Below are positions 21,858 through 32,740 of a DNA stretch of 64,000 nucleotides, piece after piece. The stretch lies in assembly GCA_965219095.1 (NCBI GenBank), contig CBDCMT010000001.1, forward strand, positions 1,248,001 through 1,312,000, read 5' to 3'. Made by a program: the position numbers and the translations under genes. The number at the start of each line of letters is the position of its first letter. The first letter of the stretch is position 1. This DNA comes from Bdellovibrionales bacterium (GTDB lineage: Bacteria > Bdellovibrionota > Bdellovibrionia > Bdellovibrionales > UBA1609). The notes beneath the pieces are model-generated. The model saw only the letters and a list, made by a program, of their open reading frames with translations. It was not told where the DNA came from and searched no databases.

Positions 21858-22023
21858 AGAAAAGTTTATAGCTATCTGATACTACTGAACTTCCCCAATC
21901 CCTATTAATCACTTATAAGTGTCTCTTGTTGAAGTTTAAAGATCATCCTCATAGGAATATCGGGTCTTCCTACTAAAGAGTATAGCAAAAAGAAGATCAG
22001 AAAACAAACAAAGTCGCTCAATT

Positions 22024-23382
22024 TTAGAAGTGACCTACCCATTTTAGACCTAAAGTAGCAATTCCAAGAAAACTAAAGAAACTAAAAATATCTGTAAACA
22101 TAATGACTAAAACACTGCTCCCAATAGCTGGATCAAAACGTAGACGTTCCATTGTTAGAGGAATGAGAGTTCCCATTATAGAAGCTAAAAGACAGTTTAA
22201 GAGGATGGATACAAAAATCACTCCTGCAACGAGAAGATTTCCTTTCCAAAGATAAACTAGAACAGAAGCTAGAAGTCCTATGGCCATTCCTAAAATAGCA
22301 CCCACTAAAATTTCTTTCAATATGGCCTTTTGTTTTGTGATAAAGTTAAAGTCACCTGTGGCAAGTCCTCGTGTTATGATAGTGAAAGTTTGAATAGCTG
22401 TGCTCCCTCCCAGTCCTGCGACAACGTTTATTAAACTTGCTAAAATAATAAGCTCTTGTATTGTGCTTTCAAAGTAGTTGATTACTAAACTAGCTAAACT
22501 AGCTAAACCTAAGTTTAAAGCCAACCAAGGCAGACGGTTTTTAAATTTAAAGCTAAAAGAACTAAAAACTCTATCATTTTCTTGAAGGCCGGCTTGAACA
22601 TAAGCACTAGCTGTGATCTCTTCTTGTAGGATATCGACAACACTGTCAATTGTGATAAGCCCTAAAAGCTTTCTTTGTGAATTAACCACAGGTATGGCAA
22701 TGAAATTGTAATGGGAAACAATTCTAGCCACTTCTGAGGGAGAGGTTTCAGGAGAAAGTGTAATGATATCTTTTTTGATCAATTGAGAAAGAGGTGTTTC
22801 ATCATCGGCTGTAACAAGCTCTCTTAAGTTTAAAACTCCTTCTAAAACACCGTTTCTGTCGGTACAGTAAATATAATATATTGAGTTTTCTTGAGCTTTT
22901 GTTCTTAAATAGTTGAGTGCTTGTTTTGCTTTAAAGTGAATGGGTATGGTAAAGACCTTTGCTTCCATAAGACGTCCTGCTGAGTTTTCAGGATAGTTGA
23001 GAAATTGTTCAATGCGTGTGGCCTTCGAACGATCAGGAAGTTGTAGGAGAAGGTCTTTTTTTTGCTCTGATTTTAGAAAGTTTAAAAGATAGGCTCCTTT
23101 ATCTTCAGAAGAGGTCATAAGGAGTTGGTTGAGGAAGCCTTGGGAGAGGGTTTTTAGGAACGAAGAAACTTGACTTTCAGGCAGTTCATAAAGCATATCG
23201 CTGGCTTGCCCTAGATTCATAAGGGAGGTAAACAACCTATGTTTCTCTAAATCATTAAGCTGGGAAAAAAACCCAGCAAGGTCTTGGGGGGAGACTTTAT
23301 TGAGAATGGATTTCAAAGACCTTTGATTGTTGGCTGATAAGAGTCTTTTAATGATTGAAATATGAATAGGACTTAGTTTCAT
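22024..23382 (-). CDS. mgtE: Magnesium transporter MgtE
   Basis: YPENSAGRLM, a CBS pair, RLPWL, and DPA..S...TD in the transmembrane domain. Confidence 0.93.
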   Translation of the reverse strand: MKLSPIHISIIKRLLSANNQRSLKSILNKVSPQDLAGFFSQLNDLEKHRLFTSLMNLGQASDMLYELPESQVSSFLKTLSQGFLNQLLMTSSEDKGAYLLNFLKSEQKKDLLLQLPDRSKATRIEQFLNYPENSAGRLMEAKVFTIPIHFKAKQALNYLRTKAQENSIYYIYCTDRNGVLEGVLNLRELVTADDETPLSQLIKKDIITLSPETSPSEVARIVSHYNFIAIPVVNSQRKLLGLITIDSVVDILQEEITASAYVQAGLQENDRVFSSFSFKFKNRLPWLALNLGLASLASLVINYFESTIQELIILASLINVVAGLGGSTAIQTFTIITRGLATGDFNFITKQKAILKEILVGAILGMAIGLLASVLVYLWKGNLLVAGVIFVSILLNCLLASIMGTLIPLTMERLRFDPAIGSSVLVIMFTDIFSFFSFLGIATLGLKWVGHF

Positions 23383-23458
23383 ACAAATTTACCTTGTAGT
23401 TTGTGGTTATTTTAAATATAATAATATTTTAGATTATTCAATTTTTTAAAGGAGAGGT

Positions 23459-23935
23459 ATGTCAAATAAGGTACCTATGACACCGCAAGGAAGGGAAACT
23501 TTAGAAACAGAGCTTAAAAAGCTTCTTCAACAAGAGCGTCCTCAGGTGATTAAAGATATAGAAGAGGCTCGAGCTCTTGGAGATCTGAGTGAGAATGCTG
23601 ATTATGATGCAGCAAAAGAAAAACAGGCTTATATAGAAAGTCGTATTACCGCTCTAGAAGATAAAATCGCAAATAGTGAAGTCATTGATCCTTCCACCAT
23701 TCAATCTGACACTATTGTTTTTGGAGCCTATGTTCATCTTCTGGATTTGGAAACTAAAGAAGAAACAGAATATCAGATTTTGGGGGAAATAGAAGTAGAT
23801 GTAAAGAAGGGTAAAATTTCTATTCTATCCCCTTTAGCAAGAGCTCTTATAGGTAGAAAGAAAGGTGATATGGTGGAGTTTATGAGTCCTAAGGGCTTAA
23901 AAGAGTATAAAATCATAGACTTTTACTTTCGATGA
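23459..23935 (+). CDS. greA: Transcription elongation factor GreA
   Basis: Motifs GDLSENADYDAAKE and ISILSPLARALIG. Confidence 0.96.
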   Translation: MSNKVPMTPQGRETLETELKKLLQQERPQVIKDIEEARALGDLSENADYDAAKEKQAYIESRITALEDKIANSEVIDPSTIQSDTIVFGAYVHLLDLETKEETEYQILGEIEVDVKKGKISILSPLARALIGRKKGDMVEFMSPKGLKEYKIIDFYFR

Positions 23936-25767
23936 AACAAGAAGCCTATTTAAAAAGCTGGACTTCTTTTTTGGTATCTATACTTTTGGCTGTTTTTTTA
24001 GGGGGAGCCTTTCAAGCTTTTTTTTCTAAAACCTTCTTTCAAAATAAAGTAATTTCTTATTGGGAAGAAAAAGGTATGTTTTTTCATCTTTCATCAGAGA
24101 GTACAGAGTTGATCTTATCTGAGAAACTTTGGCCTAGTTTAGCTTTACAGATTAATAATGTGAAACTCACTTCTGTTAAAAAGTGTTCTTTTTTTGATAC
24201 CATAACCATTGAAAAATTAAGAGTCTCTCTTTTGAGAAAGGTTTTGAGAGCTGAGAACCTTGTCATAACGCCTTCAGATTGTGTCCCTAAGTTGAAAGCT
24301 TTAAAAGACAAGAAGGTTTTAGAAAAGATAGCTTATAGTTTAGAACAACAATGGCCTTGGATTGTGAAGGCTTTTAAAGGGCTTTTTGATGTTTTTTATG
24401 TGAATCGTTGGTCCTATAACGATGTTGTTAAAGGAAACCAAGCCCTCATAACACCTCTTATAAAAGATCTTGCTTTAGATCTTAAAGGAGATTTTGTGTT
24501 TTATGAAAACACTTGGAAAGCTCACTTGAAGCTTAAAAGAGGCTTGATTCAATGGATATGGGAATCAAAATTTAAAGAATCTGTGATCACAACGGAGGGT
24601 TCTATAAACTATCCTCAGTACAATTTGATTTCAAAAGCAAAATTTTCTTATGTTCCTATATCAAAGGTTTTAGAGTGGATGAGTGTTTTTTCTTCAGATT
24701 TTCGTAGTTTTTATGCACCTTTATTATGGCTTTCTTGTGAGATCAATTTAAAAGGTTCTTTAGTTAATCCTGAAACCATGGCCATGAATGTTTATAAATG
24801 TGGCCTTTCAGGAGAAGATAACAAACTTTCTATACAGGATATTATCATTTTTCCTTTTTCTGAAAAATATTTTCAACCTTTTGAAGTTGATGTATCTCAC
24901 CTAAATTTTGATAAGATTTCTCAATTTGATCTTGTTAAAAAAAAATTTTCTTTAGAAGGAATAAAACAAAAGGGCTATTTAAAGGGAAAGCTTCAAGTGT
25001 TTTCAGTTAAAAACATAAGATTTCAAGGTGAATTAGTGGATCTAAAACTGAATGTTTTAAAAAATCCCATTAAAAAAATCGAAGGGTCTTTTTTTATCAA
25101 AGAAAGACAATATGAATTTTTTGTCAACGACGTAAAATGGCAGGATGATGAGGAAACTCAATTTTCAGGACAGGTGTCTTTAAAAGGAGATGTAAAAAAA
25201 AACGAAGCTTTTCTTCGCTCTGATATTTCCTTTTTTGAAATTCCTAAAGGCCTTAAGGAAGATTTTGATATAGAGGCAGGTTATTTTTCTTTAAAATTCC
25301 AAGGTTTATGGGAAAACAGAGGCCTTAAGGCCTTTAAAGGTCTTTTAAAGGCTTCTTTTTTTGAAAAGAAGCCCTATCGATTTAAGGATATGAGCTTAAA
25401 ATTTGAAAGAAACAAACAAGATGGAAGTCTTAAAGGAAAAGTCGGAGTAAGTTTTTTAGAGGTAAGCTCTGAATCTGAATTTTATAAAAATTTTAAAAAA
25501 TTGATTGCTTCAAAAATCACTTTAACAGACTCTGAACCTTTGTTCTTTGAGAGGTTGAGCTTTGTATTAAGCCAAAAGAAAAGCAAGTCCTTGGAGTGGA
25601 AAAAAGGTAGGTTTCAATGGACTCGCAAAAAGGCTATTTTTAGAACAGAAGGTGTTTTCAAGGACAGAAAGCTCTCGGGTCGTCTTTTAGTAGTTTTTCC
25701 CCCCTCTCCTATTTCATTTTCTTGGAAAGTGAAAGGAGAACCCTTAGTCCCCATATTTCATCAATAA
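23932..25767 (+). CDS. Hypothetical membrane-anchored beta-rich protein (possibly AsmA-like)
   Basis: 611 aa with an N-terminal TM helix; translationally coupled to greA (ATGA overlap). Confidence 0.6.
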   Translation: MKQEAYLKSWTSFLVSILLAVFLGGAFQAFFSKTFFQNKVISYWEEKGMFFHLSSESTELILSEKLWPSLALQINNVKLTSVKKCSFFDTITIEKLRVSLLRKVLRAENLVITPSDCVPKLKALKDKKVLEKIAYSLEQQWPWIVKAFKGLFDVFYVNRWSYNDVVKGNQALITPLIKDLALDLKGDFVFYENTWKAHLKLKRGLIQWIWESKFKESVITTEGSINYPQYNLISKAKFSYVPISKVLEWMSVFSSDFRSFYAPLLWLSCEINLKGSLVNPETMAMNVYKCGLSGEDNKLSIQDIIIFPFSEKYFQPFEVDVSHLNFDKISQFDLVKKKFSLEGIKQKGYLKGKLQVFSVKNIRFQGELVDLKLNVLKNPIKKIEGSFFIKERQYEFFVNDVKWQDDEETQFSGQVSLKGDVKKNEAFLRSDISFFEIPKGLKEDFDIEAGYFSLKFQGLWENRGLKAFKGLLKASFFEKKPYRFKDMSLKFERNKQDGSLKGKVGVSFLEVSSESEFYKNFKKLIASKITLTDSEPLFFERLSFVLSQKKSKSLEWKKGRFQWTRKKAIFRTEGVFKDRKLSGRLLVVFPPSPISFSWKVKGEPLVPIFHQ

Positions 25768-25772
25768 TTTTA

Positions 25773-25810
25773 GGCTCTTCCCGGGAACCCACAGATTCTT
25801 TTGAGGAGGC
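25773..25810 (+). mobile_element. 38-bp minimal ISL3 derivative with 8-bp TSD TAATTTTA
   Basis: GGCTCTTCCCGGGAACCCACAGATTCTTTTGAGGAGGC is the ISL3 left end fused to the right end. TAATTTTA at 25765-25772 and 25811-25818. Confidence 0.9.
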
Positions 25811-26004
25811 TAATTTTATAACATTGTGTCATAATTTACTTTTTCGCATAGCACTATAATGATAAACCTTAATTTAATTAGTAGGTTAGCTCTTTAGCCC
25901 TTTTGAGTGGGTAGGGATTTAGAGTTTGTATTTTCTATTGTATTGATTTTTTTTGATTTTTTATATAAAAGGAGTATAGAGTAACTTTAAAAAAGGTCTT
26001 AAGA

Positions 26005-26526
26005 ATGAAGTTTATTACTAGTAGAATGCATTTAGATAGAGATAGAGATAGAGATAGGGATGATAAGGATTTCTTGAGTCCCTTTGATGAACCTCATGCC
26101 TTTGATGAGCCTCAAACCCCACCCCTCCATGAACTTTTCAAAGGTGTTGGAGTTGAAGATGATCTTAAGTATTTAGATGATATAGATAATATTTTAGAGA
26201 TGAAAGAAGATCAGTATCCTGAATTTACTTTAGCTAAGAATAAGGCTCGGTTTTTAAGGATGTTTTCTTGGTACAAAAATAAAAACGAATGGCTTAAAGT
26301 AGCTCCCTTAAGTGGAGTGACAAGACTTTTTAAACAGCAGACCAAGGAACTAGAAGGTATTCGTTCTCATAAGATGGATTATGAAATGGAATTAGAAATG
26401 GGAACCTTAACTCCTAGTCAAAAATCTTATCGCAAAGATGAACTTAAAATGTGTAAAGTTCATGAGAGAATGGCAATTTATCTTATTTCAAAAATGCAGT
26501 TTAAGATAAAAAACTCTCGTCGTTAA
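26005..26526 (+). CDS. Hypothetical protein with N-terminal (DR)n microsatellite
   Basis: 173-aa ORF; (GATAGA)3GATAGG at 26035-26058. Confidence 0.6.
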   Translation: MKFITSRMHLDRDRDRDRDDKDFLSPFDEPHAFDEPQTPPLHELFKGVGVEDDLKYLDDIDNILEMKEDQYPEFTLAKNKARFLRMFSWYKNKNEWLKVAPLSGVTRLFKQQTKELEGIRSHKMDYEMELEMGTLTPSQKSYRKDELKMCKVHERMAIYLISKMQFKIKNSRR

Positions 26527-26863
26527 AAGTTTTCCCCTCACCTTCTATCTTACTGGTATTTTTATTATTTGTAGTCCAATGATCGTTGTTGTGTAAAGGA
26601 AAAGTTTTTAAAATAAATTTTTACAGGTTTTTTAGAAGCTTTTCCCGACTTCAGCGTTCCATTACTAAAACTTCATAAAGTGTGCAAGCTATGTTTAAAA
26701 CAAAGTTGGGGGGTATTTTTCCAGAAAGTTGCATTTGTGGTGTCAGAAATCTTTTTTACAAAGCCATTACACAATTTAAATTATAAGCTCAATTTCGAAC
26801 TACGATTAGTATAGGAGATCATCATGGTTCTAATTTCCGTCCCTTTAGTACTTTTCAAAAATA

Positions 26864-27448
26864 TTAAACAGGCCTTACTTTAAGAGTGTTATTTTCAAGT
26901 TCATGTCTTAGAATGTTTTCAATAGCTTCTAAAGTACCCATTGCAGCACTAGGACACCCTTCACAAGCTCCTTGATAAAAAATTTTAAGCTCATTATCCT
27001 TGAGTTCAATTACCTCTAAGTCTCCTCCATCAGCTTGAAGTCCCGGTCTTATAGTGCGATCTAAAATTTCTTCAATCTTATTTAAATCCTCTGATTCATG
27101 TTGTTTTCTTATTTTCTTAATTTTTTCATCTTCAAAATCAAATTCTGGATCATGGAGTGGAAATCTTGTTTTTAAAACAGATTCTACACATTTGAAGAAC
27201 TCTTCTAAGGATAAATCACCTGAATGAGTCAAAGTTAAGAAATTTCTAAAAAGATGAATCTGCTTAACACCAGAAATCTCGAAAAGTCCTATAACAAGCT
27301 TTAAATCTCTTGCCTCTTCTATAGAAGAAAAAGAAGCTTTTCCTCTTGTTTTAAAAGGAAGGTTACAAATAAACCTGAGAGCATAGGGGTTAGGGGTTTC
27401 TTGCATTTTAATTAAAATGTCATCAGGTGAAATTCTTTCGTAATTCAT
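26864..27448 (-). CDS. NifU/Nfu-family Fe-S scaffold/carrier (Nfu_N + NifU_C)
   Basis: TPNP N-domain; IRPGLQADGGD...GACEGCPSA CxxC motif. Confidence 0.9.
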   Translation of the reverse strand: MNYERISPDDILIKMQETPNPYALRFICNLPFKTRGKASFSSIEEARDLKLVIGLFEISGVKQIHLFRNFLTLTHSGDLSLEEFFKCVESVLKTRFPLHDPEFDFEDEKIKKIRKQHESEDLNKIEEILDRTIRPGLQADGGDLEVIELKDNELKIFYQGACEGCPSAAMGTLEAIENILRHELENNTLKVRPV

Positions 27449-28686
27449 TTTAAAACCTCCACAGCTTTTTCCAAAGCAATTTTTAACTGATCAATTTCAT
27501 CAAAAGTGTTATAAACGGAAAATGAAACCCTCACTGAACCTGTGAGGTTGAGTTTTTTGAATAAAGGTTGCGTACAATGATGACCAGATCTTAAAGCGAT
27601 TCCCTGCTCACTTAAGATTTGTGCTATATCAGAGTGATGAACCCCTTTCACATTAAAGGATAAAATGGGAACTCTTTTTTGAAAGACATTTCCTATGAAT
27701 TCAAGATCTTTAATCTCAGAAAGATTTTGAAAGGCTTTTTCTAAAAGTTTTTTTTCATAATTTTCAATAGAATCCCACCCTAAACTTTTAATATAATCAA
27801 TAGCTGTTCCTAAACCTAAAACCTCTGCGACAGGAGGTGTTCCTGACTCTAATTTAAAAGGAAGGTCTAATAGAACTGTATCCTCAAGACTTACACGATC
27901 AATACTACCTCCTCCATAGCGCAGAGGAGTGAGTTTGCTTAAGCTCTCCTTTTTTCCGTAAAGAATTCCCACTCCAAAAGGGCCGAAAAGTTTATGTGAA
28001 CTAAAAGCCAAAAAATCACAATCAAGCCTCTGAACATCAAGAGGAAAATGAGGGGCTGCTTGAGCTACGTCTAAAAGAACCAAAGCTCCCTTGAGTTTAG
28101 CTTCTTTTATATACTTTTCAACAGGGTTAATAATTCCCAGAGAATTAGAGACATAATTTAAAGCTAAAAGCTTTGTACGAGAAGTCAGAAGTTTCTCATA
28201 TTCTGAAAAGATAAGGTTTCCATCCTTATCCACAGGAATAATTTTTAAAATTAAAGACTTTCTTTTTGCAAGCATTTGCCATGGAATAAAGTTAGAATGA
28301 TGTTCTAACTCAGAGACAATGATCTCATCCCCATCACAGAAGTAAGATTCAAGCCCTCGAGCAACAGAGTTAATAGCATCTGTTGTTCCATAGGTAAAAA
28401 CAATTTCACATATATCCTTAGCTTTAATAAAATTCTTTATTTTCAAACGTGTTTTTTCAAAGAGGTTTGTCGCTTCCTCACTTAAAAAGTGTTGTCCTCT
28501 GTGTACATTTGATATTTTAAAAGAATAAAACTGATCCAAAGCCTCTATAACCGTTTTAGGCTTTAAAGAGGTAGCCGCCGTATCAAAGTAAATAAAGGGC
28601 TTTCCATTTTTTTTCTCTAAAGAATGAAAGTTATCTTTAAAAACAGGCTCTATCATAAAGTCTCCTTGTTTAAAAGTCCTTTGCAT
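27445..28686 (-). CDS. sufS: SufS-type cysteine desulfurase
   Basis: Motifs YFDTAATS, EHHSN, FSSHKLFGP, RSGHHCTQP. Confidence 0.93.
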   Translation of the reverse strand: MQRTFKQGDFMIEPVFKDNFHSLEKKNGKPFIYFDTAATSLKPKTVIEALDQFYSFKISNVHRGQHFLSEEATNLFEKTRLKIKNFIKAKDICEIVFTYGTTDAINSVARGLESYFCDGDEIIVSELEHHSNFIPWQMLAKRKSLILKIIPVDKDGNLIFSEYEKLLTSRTKLLALNYVSNSLGIINPVEKYIKEAKLKGALVLLDVAQAAPHFPLDVQRLDCDFLAFSSHKLFGPFGVGILYGKKESLSKLTPLRYGGGSIDRVSLEDTVLLDLPFKLESGTPPVAEVLGLGTAIDYIKSLGWDSIENYEKKLLEKAFQNLSEIKDLEFIGNVFQKRVPILSFNVKGVHHSDIAQILSEQGIALRSGHHCTQPLFKKLNLTGSVRVSFSVYNTFDEIDQLKIALEKAVEVLK

Positions 28687-29876
28687 TCATCAATGATAAG
28701 ATTCTGAAGCCTTCTATCTTTTACAAGTACAACAAGCTCATTCACAAAAGCTTTCAAAAGCAGTTCTTCAGCTTTTTCATATTTTAAACCACGAGACATA
28801 AGATAAAACATATCTTGAGAGTCTAAGCCTCCTACAGTAGCTCCATGTTGAGCTTCTACATCGTCAGCATAGACTTCTAAAACAGGTTGACTATCAACTT
28901 TTGTACGATTTCCAAAAACTAAGTTTTTATTCAATTGGAAGGATTTCGTTTTTTGTGCTTCTTTCACAATATGACTGAGACTTCTGAAAACCCCACGGGA
29001 TTGATCACAAAGAAGGCCCTTAAAGATCTGTGAACTTAGACTTTCTGGAGCTAAATGAACTACGCTGACTTGATGGTCTTTTGTCTGTGTTCTTCTTCCT
29101 AAGTAAAATCCTTTTACAAGGGCTTTTGCGAAAGAACCCTTTATTTTTATGTTAAATTCATGCCTTGCGAAGAAAGATCCTAAAGATAACAAAAAAATTT
29201 CAAAATGACTTTTTTCTGAAAGCTCAACAAAATTTAAATCTGTATGGAAAGTATCTTCTTTAGACTTTTGAATTTGTAAGGCATTTAAAGTAGCCATTTC
29301 TTCTAAGAAAATAGAACACGAACGATTCATAAAAGAGCATGAATTTTCAAAAACTTCTACAAAAGTTGCTTGAGCTCCCCTCTTAAGGGTTATTTTATTT
29401 TTAAAACAAATCCGAGAAAAATTTTGAGAAGAAGAGTTTATATGATGTATAAAAATAGGTTGTGAATTTGAAAAGTTTTTGTCAATTTCAAGATTCACAC
29501 CTGGTTCAAAAAAAGAATCATTAAATAAAGTGAGCTTGTTTTTATTTTGCCTCATAAGAAGTTTTTGTTCTTGAGGTGAAAGGGGATAGATCGTAACTCC
29601 TTGAGAGGGCAGAGATGATAAATTTCTTTGAAAAATTCCATGATAAAATACAAGAGAAAAATGATCTTTTTTTATGTTGTGACAAGGGGGTAGATTTTTC
29701 TCACTTAAAGAGAAAAGCTCTAGCTTTTTAAGACCACTATGTCTCCAAAAATCAAAATCTTTTTTTTCAAAAGCTCGTCCCTCTAAGAATTCAAAAAAAG
29801 ACTTCCTACGCTCTTCATCGAAAAGAATGTTTTCTTTAGCAAGCAATTCACAAAACTGACTTTCAAAGGTTTTCAT
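28653..29876 (-). CDS. sufD: Fe-S cluster assembly protein SufD
   Basis: PVLEVYADDVEAQHGATVG...FYLMSRG; lies between sufC and sufS. Confidence 0.9.
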   Translation of the reverse strand: MKTFESQFCELLAKENILFDEERRKSFFEFLEGRAFEKKDFDFWRHSGLKKLELFSLSEKNLPPCHNIKKDHFSLVFYHGIFQRNLSSLPSQGVTIYPLSPQEQKLLMRQNKNKLTLFNDSFFEPGVNLEIDKNFSNSQPIFIHHINSSSQNFSRICFKNKITLKRGAQATFVEVFENSCSFMNRSCSIFLEEMATLNALQIQKSKEDTFHTDLNFVELSEKSHFEIFLLSLGSFFARHEFNIKIKGSFAKALVKGFYLGRRTQTKDHQVSVVHLAPESLSSQIFKGLLCDQSRGVFRSLSHIVKEAQKTKSFQLNKNLVFGNRTKVDSQPVLEVYADDVEAQHGATVGGLDSQDMFYLMSRGLKYEKAEELLLKAFVNELVVLVKDRRLQNLIIDECKGLLNKETL

Positions 29877-30667
29877 AAATGCCTCTCTTGATGAACATTC
29901 TTTACAAAACTTTCATAGCCATTTTTTTCAACGTCTAAAGCTAAAGAGCTTGATCCTGTTTGAATGATTCTGCCATCATAAAAAATATGAACAAAATCAG
30001 GTTTCACAAGCTCTAAAATTCTGTGGTAGTGAGTGATGAACAAAAAGGATCTGTTAGGAGCTTTGAATTGAGAAAAAGCTTCACTCACAATACGTAAAGA
30101 ATCTACATCTAAACCTGAGTCTAGCTCATCAAGTAAGACAAATTGAGGTTTTAACAAAAGCATTTGAAGTATTTCATTGCGTTTTTTTTCTCCTCCTGAA
30201 AAACCTTCATTAACAGATCGGTTAAGAAAACTTAAGTCCATTTTTAACATTTCAGAATATTTTTTAAGAAGTTTATTAAACTCTTTATCATTTAAAATTT
30301 CAGCCCCTTGTGCCTCACATAGAGAATCAAAAGCAACTTTTAAAAATCTTTTATTCTGAACTCCTTGTATTTCAGAAGGATATTGGAAGCTTAGAAAAAT
30401 TCCTTTTCGAGCTCTTTCTTCTACATCTAAGTCTAAAAGGTTATCTTGATTCACGCCATCAGAGTGCATAATACTTCCCTCTGTTACAATGTAATCAGGA
30501 TGTCCTGCGATCACTTTAGCTAAAGTGCTTTTCCCTGAGCCATTAGGCCCCATAAGGGCATGAATTTCTCCTGGATTCACCTCTAAGTCCACTCCCCTAA
30601 GAATGTTCTTTTCTTCTGCACAAGCTCTCAAATTTTTTATCTTTAACATATTAACTCCTTTAGCCAA
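29873..30667 (-). CDS. sufC: Fe-S cluster assembly ATPase SufC
   Basis: Motifs [23 protein letters not shown]. Start possibly at 30649. Confidence 0.95.
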   Translation of the reverse strand: MAKGVNMLKIKNLRACAEEKNILRGVDLEVNPGEIHALMGPNGSGKSTLAKVIAGHPDYIVTEGSIMHSDGVNQDNLLDLDVEERARKGIFLSFQYPSEIQGVQNKRFLKVAFDSLCEAQGAEILNDKEFNKLLKKYSEMLKMDLSFLNRSVNEGFSGGEKKRNEILQMLLLKPQFVLLDELDSGLDVDSLRIVSEAFSQFKAPNRSFLFITHYHRILELVKPDFVHIFYDGRIIQTGSSSLALDVEKNGYESFVKNVHQERHL

Positions 30668-32093
30668 TACTGTTTTCTAATTTCATTTCGATTAAGTTCT
30701 TAGCTTCTTCTGAAAACTCAAGAGGCAGATGTTTAAAAACTTCTTTACAAAATCCATTTACAATAAGGGAAATAGCTTTTTCTGTGCTAAGCCCTCTTGA
30801 TTTTAAATAAAAAATTTGCTCTTCGCTCATACGAGATGTACTGGCTTCATGTTCTACAATGGAACTAGAGTTTTCAACTTGGAGTGTGGGGAATGTGTTT
30901 GCATTAGATTGAGCACCCACTAAAAGAGAATCACATTGTGTGTAGTTTCTTGCACCCTTAGATGAGGGAAGAATATGAACATGCCCCCTGTAACTATTAC
31001 GGGACCTATTTGATGAGATTCCTTTAGAGATAATGGTACTTTTTGTTCTTTCACCAATATGAATCATTTTCGTCCCTGTATCAGCTTGCATGTGGTGATG
31101 GGTGAGAGCCACTGAGTAAAAAGAACCTGTGGATTCTTTTCCTTGCAGAATCACGCTGGGGTATTTCCAAGTTATGGCAGATCCTGCTTCTACTTGCGTC
31201 CAAGAAATGCAAGACTTCTCACCCTGTGCTCTAGCTCTTTTGGTTACAAAATTGTAAATACCGCCCCGTCCTTTTTCATCTCCTGGATACCAGTTCTGCA
31301 CTGTAGAGTAATTAATGACAGCACCCTTTAAAGCCACCAATTCTACAACCGCTGCATGCAGTTGATGATTATCTCTTTGAGGTGCTGTACAACCCTCTAA
31401 ATAGTTAACAAAACTTCCTTCATCGGCAATGACTAAAGTTCTTTCAAATTGTCCTGTGTCTTCGGTGTTAATGCGAAAATACGTAGATAAATCTAGAGGA
31501 CAAGTCACATTTTTAGGAATATAACAAAAAGAACCATCCGTAAAAACAGCCGAATTAAGACAAGCAAAAAAATTATCTGTATGGGGAACAACTGTTTCTA
31601 AGTACTTTTGTACAAGTTTAGGGTGATTTTGAACTGCTTCAGAGATAGAGCAAAAAACAACACCACTTTTTTCTAAAACTTCTTGGTGTGTTGTACCTAT
31701 AGAAACACTATCAAAAACAGCATCCACAGCAACACCACTAATACGTTTTTGTTCTTGGAGAGGAATCCCTAGACGTTCAAAAGTTCTTAGAAGTTCAGGA
31801 TCAATATCATCTAAAGACTTTGGATTTTCTTTAGGTTTAGGAGCTGAATAGTAACAAATGTCTTGATAATTGATGGGAGCATAGTCAAAACTAGCCCAGT
31901 GGGGTTCTTTTAAAGTTTTCCAATGTTTAAAGGCCCGCAGTCTTTTTTCAAGAAGCCATTTAGGATCACATCTTTTTTTTGAAATATCTCTTATAACTTC
32001 TTCGTTCAAACCCTTTTCAAAAGATTCCACTTCCACATTAGTTACAAAATAATTTTTTTTCTGTTTTTTAAGATGGGAAAAATGTTTATCCAT
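30660..32093 (-). CDS. sufB: Fe-S cluster assembly protein SufB
   Basis: Motifs [26 protein letters not shown]. Confidence 0.96.
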   Translation of the reverse strand: MDKHFSHLKKQKKNYFVTNVEVESFEKGLNEEVIRDISKKRCDPKWLLEKRLRAFKHWKTLKEPHWASFDYAPINYQDICYYSAPKPKENPKSLDDIDPELLRTFERLGIPLQEQKRISGVAVDAVFDSVSIGTTHQEVLEKSGVVFCSISEAVQNHPKLVQKYLETVVPHTDNFFACLNSAVFTDGSFCYIPKNVTCPLDLSTYFRINTEDTGQFERTLVIADEGSFVNYLEGCTAPQRDNHQLHAAVVELVALKGAVINYSTVQNWYPGDEKGRGGIYNFVTKRARAQGEKSCISWTQVEAGSAITWKYPSVILQGKESTGSFYSVALTHHHMQADTGTKMIHIGERTKSTIISKGISSNRSRNSYRGHVHILPSSKGARNYTQCDSLLVGAQSNANTFPTLQVENSSSIVEHEASTSRMSEEQIFYLKSRGLSTEKAISLIVNGFCKEVFKHLPLEFSEEAKNLIEMKLENSIG

Positions 32094-32556
32094 ATCTTTT
32101 ATCCTTTGTTTGCTTTGAGTTTAAAAGATCATCTATATTAATGGATTCGTAAAAATTCTTGAGTTTATGATGAAACAAACGAGACGAATCCTGAATATTA
32201 CAGTGACTCTCTAGTTCACAAAAACCATTTTCTGCAAGACATTTCACTGTAGCAAGCTTTCCATTTAAAGTTTCTGAAAGCTCAAGAAAAGAGATTTTAC
32301 TCAACTCCTTTATCAAAAGGTAACCACCCTTTAACCCTTGTCCTGAATCCAGCCAGCCCGCTTGGCCCATCTTCTGCATCACACGACTTAAAGGATCAAA
32401 AGGAAGACCTAGTTTATTAGCTATTTCTCTTACAGAAATCCTTTTTCCCTGTTTTTGAGAGCTTAGGTAATTAAGAGCCATAAGAGCGTATTCTACCTGT
32501 CGACTTAAAGTTCTCATCAAGACCACCTTTTCTATGTCTATTATAACAGAAGTCAA
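32086..32556 (-). CDS. Rrf2-family transcriptional regulator (IscR/SufR-like, three Cys)
   Basis: YALMAL...GLKGGY wHTH; C-x6-C-x5-C. Likely start at 32517. Confidence 0.9.
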   Translation of the reverse strand: MTSVIIDIEKVVLMRTLSRQVEYALMALNYLSSQKQGKRISVREIANKLGLPFDPLSRVMQKMGQAGWLDSGQGLKGGYLLIKELSKISFLELSETLNGKLATVKCLAENGFCELESHCNIQDSSRLFHHKLKNFYESINIDDLLNSKQTKDKRYG

Positions 32557-32570
32557 GCCTAACTTCTATA

Positions 32571-32595
32571 AAATAAGTAATTTTTCTACTTATTT
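32571..32595. promoter_or_regulatory. Inverted repeat AAATAAGTA-N7-TACTTATTT, candidate Rrf2 operator
   Basis: Perfect 9-7-9 palindrome directly upstream of the Rrf2-suf operon. Confidence 0.5.
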
Positions 32596-32740
32596 CACAA
32601 AGCTATTATTTAAATTTCACAATATTATCAAATAGTTATAAATATAAGCCTCTAGAATAAAATATGATTTGTTGCATAATAAGTCAAATTATATGGTTTA
32701 TTAGTTGCGAAAGCCCATTTTAGCTTGCATTGCTCAAGTA

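Noticed and set aside
26560..26860. Intergenic stretch sharing AACGCTGAAGTCG with ~59608
   Set aside because: Only a 13-bp match, with no extended similarity or recoverable reading frame.
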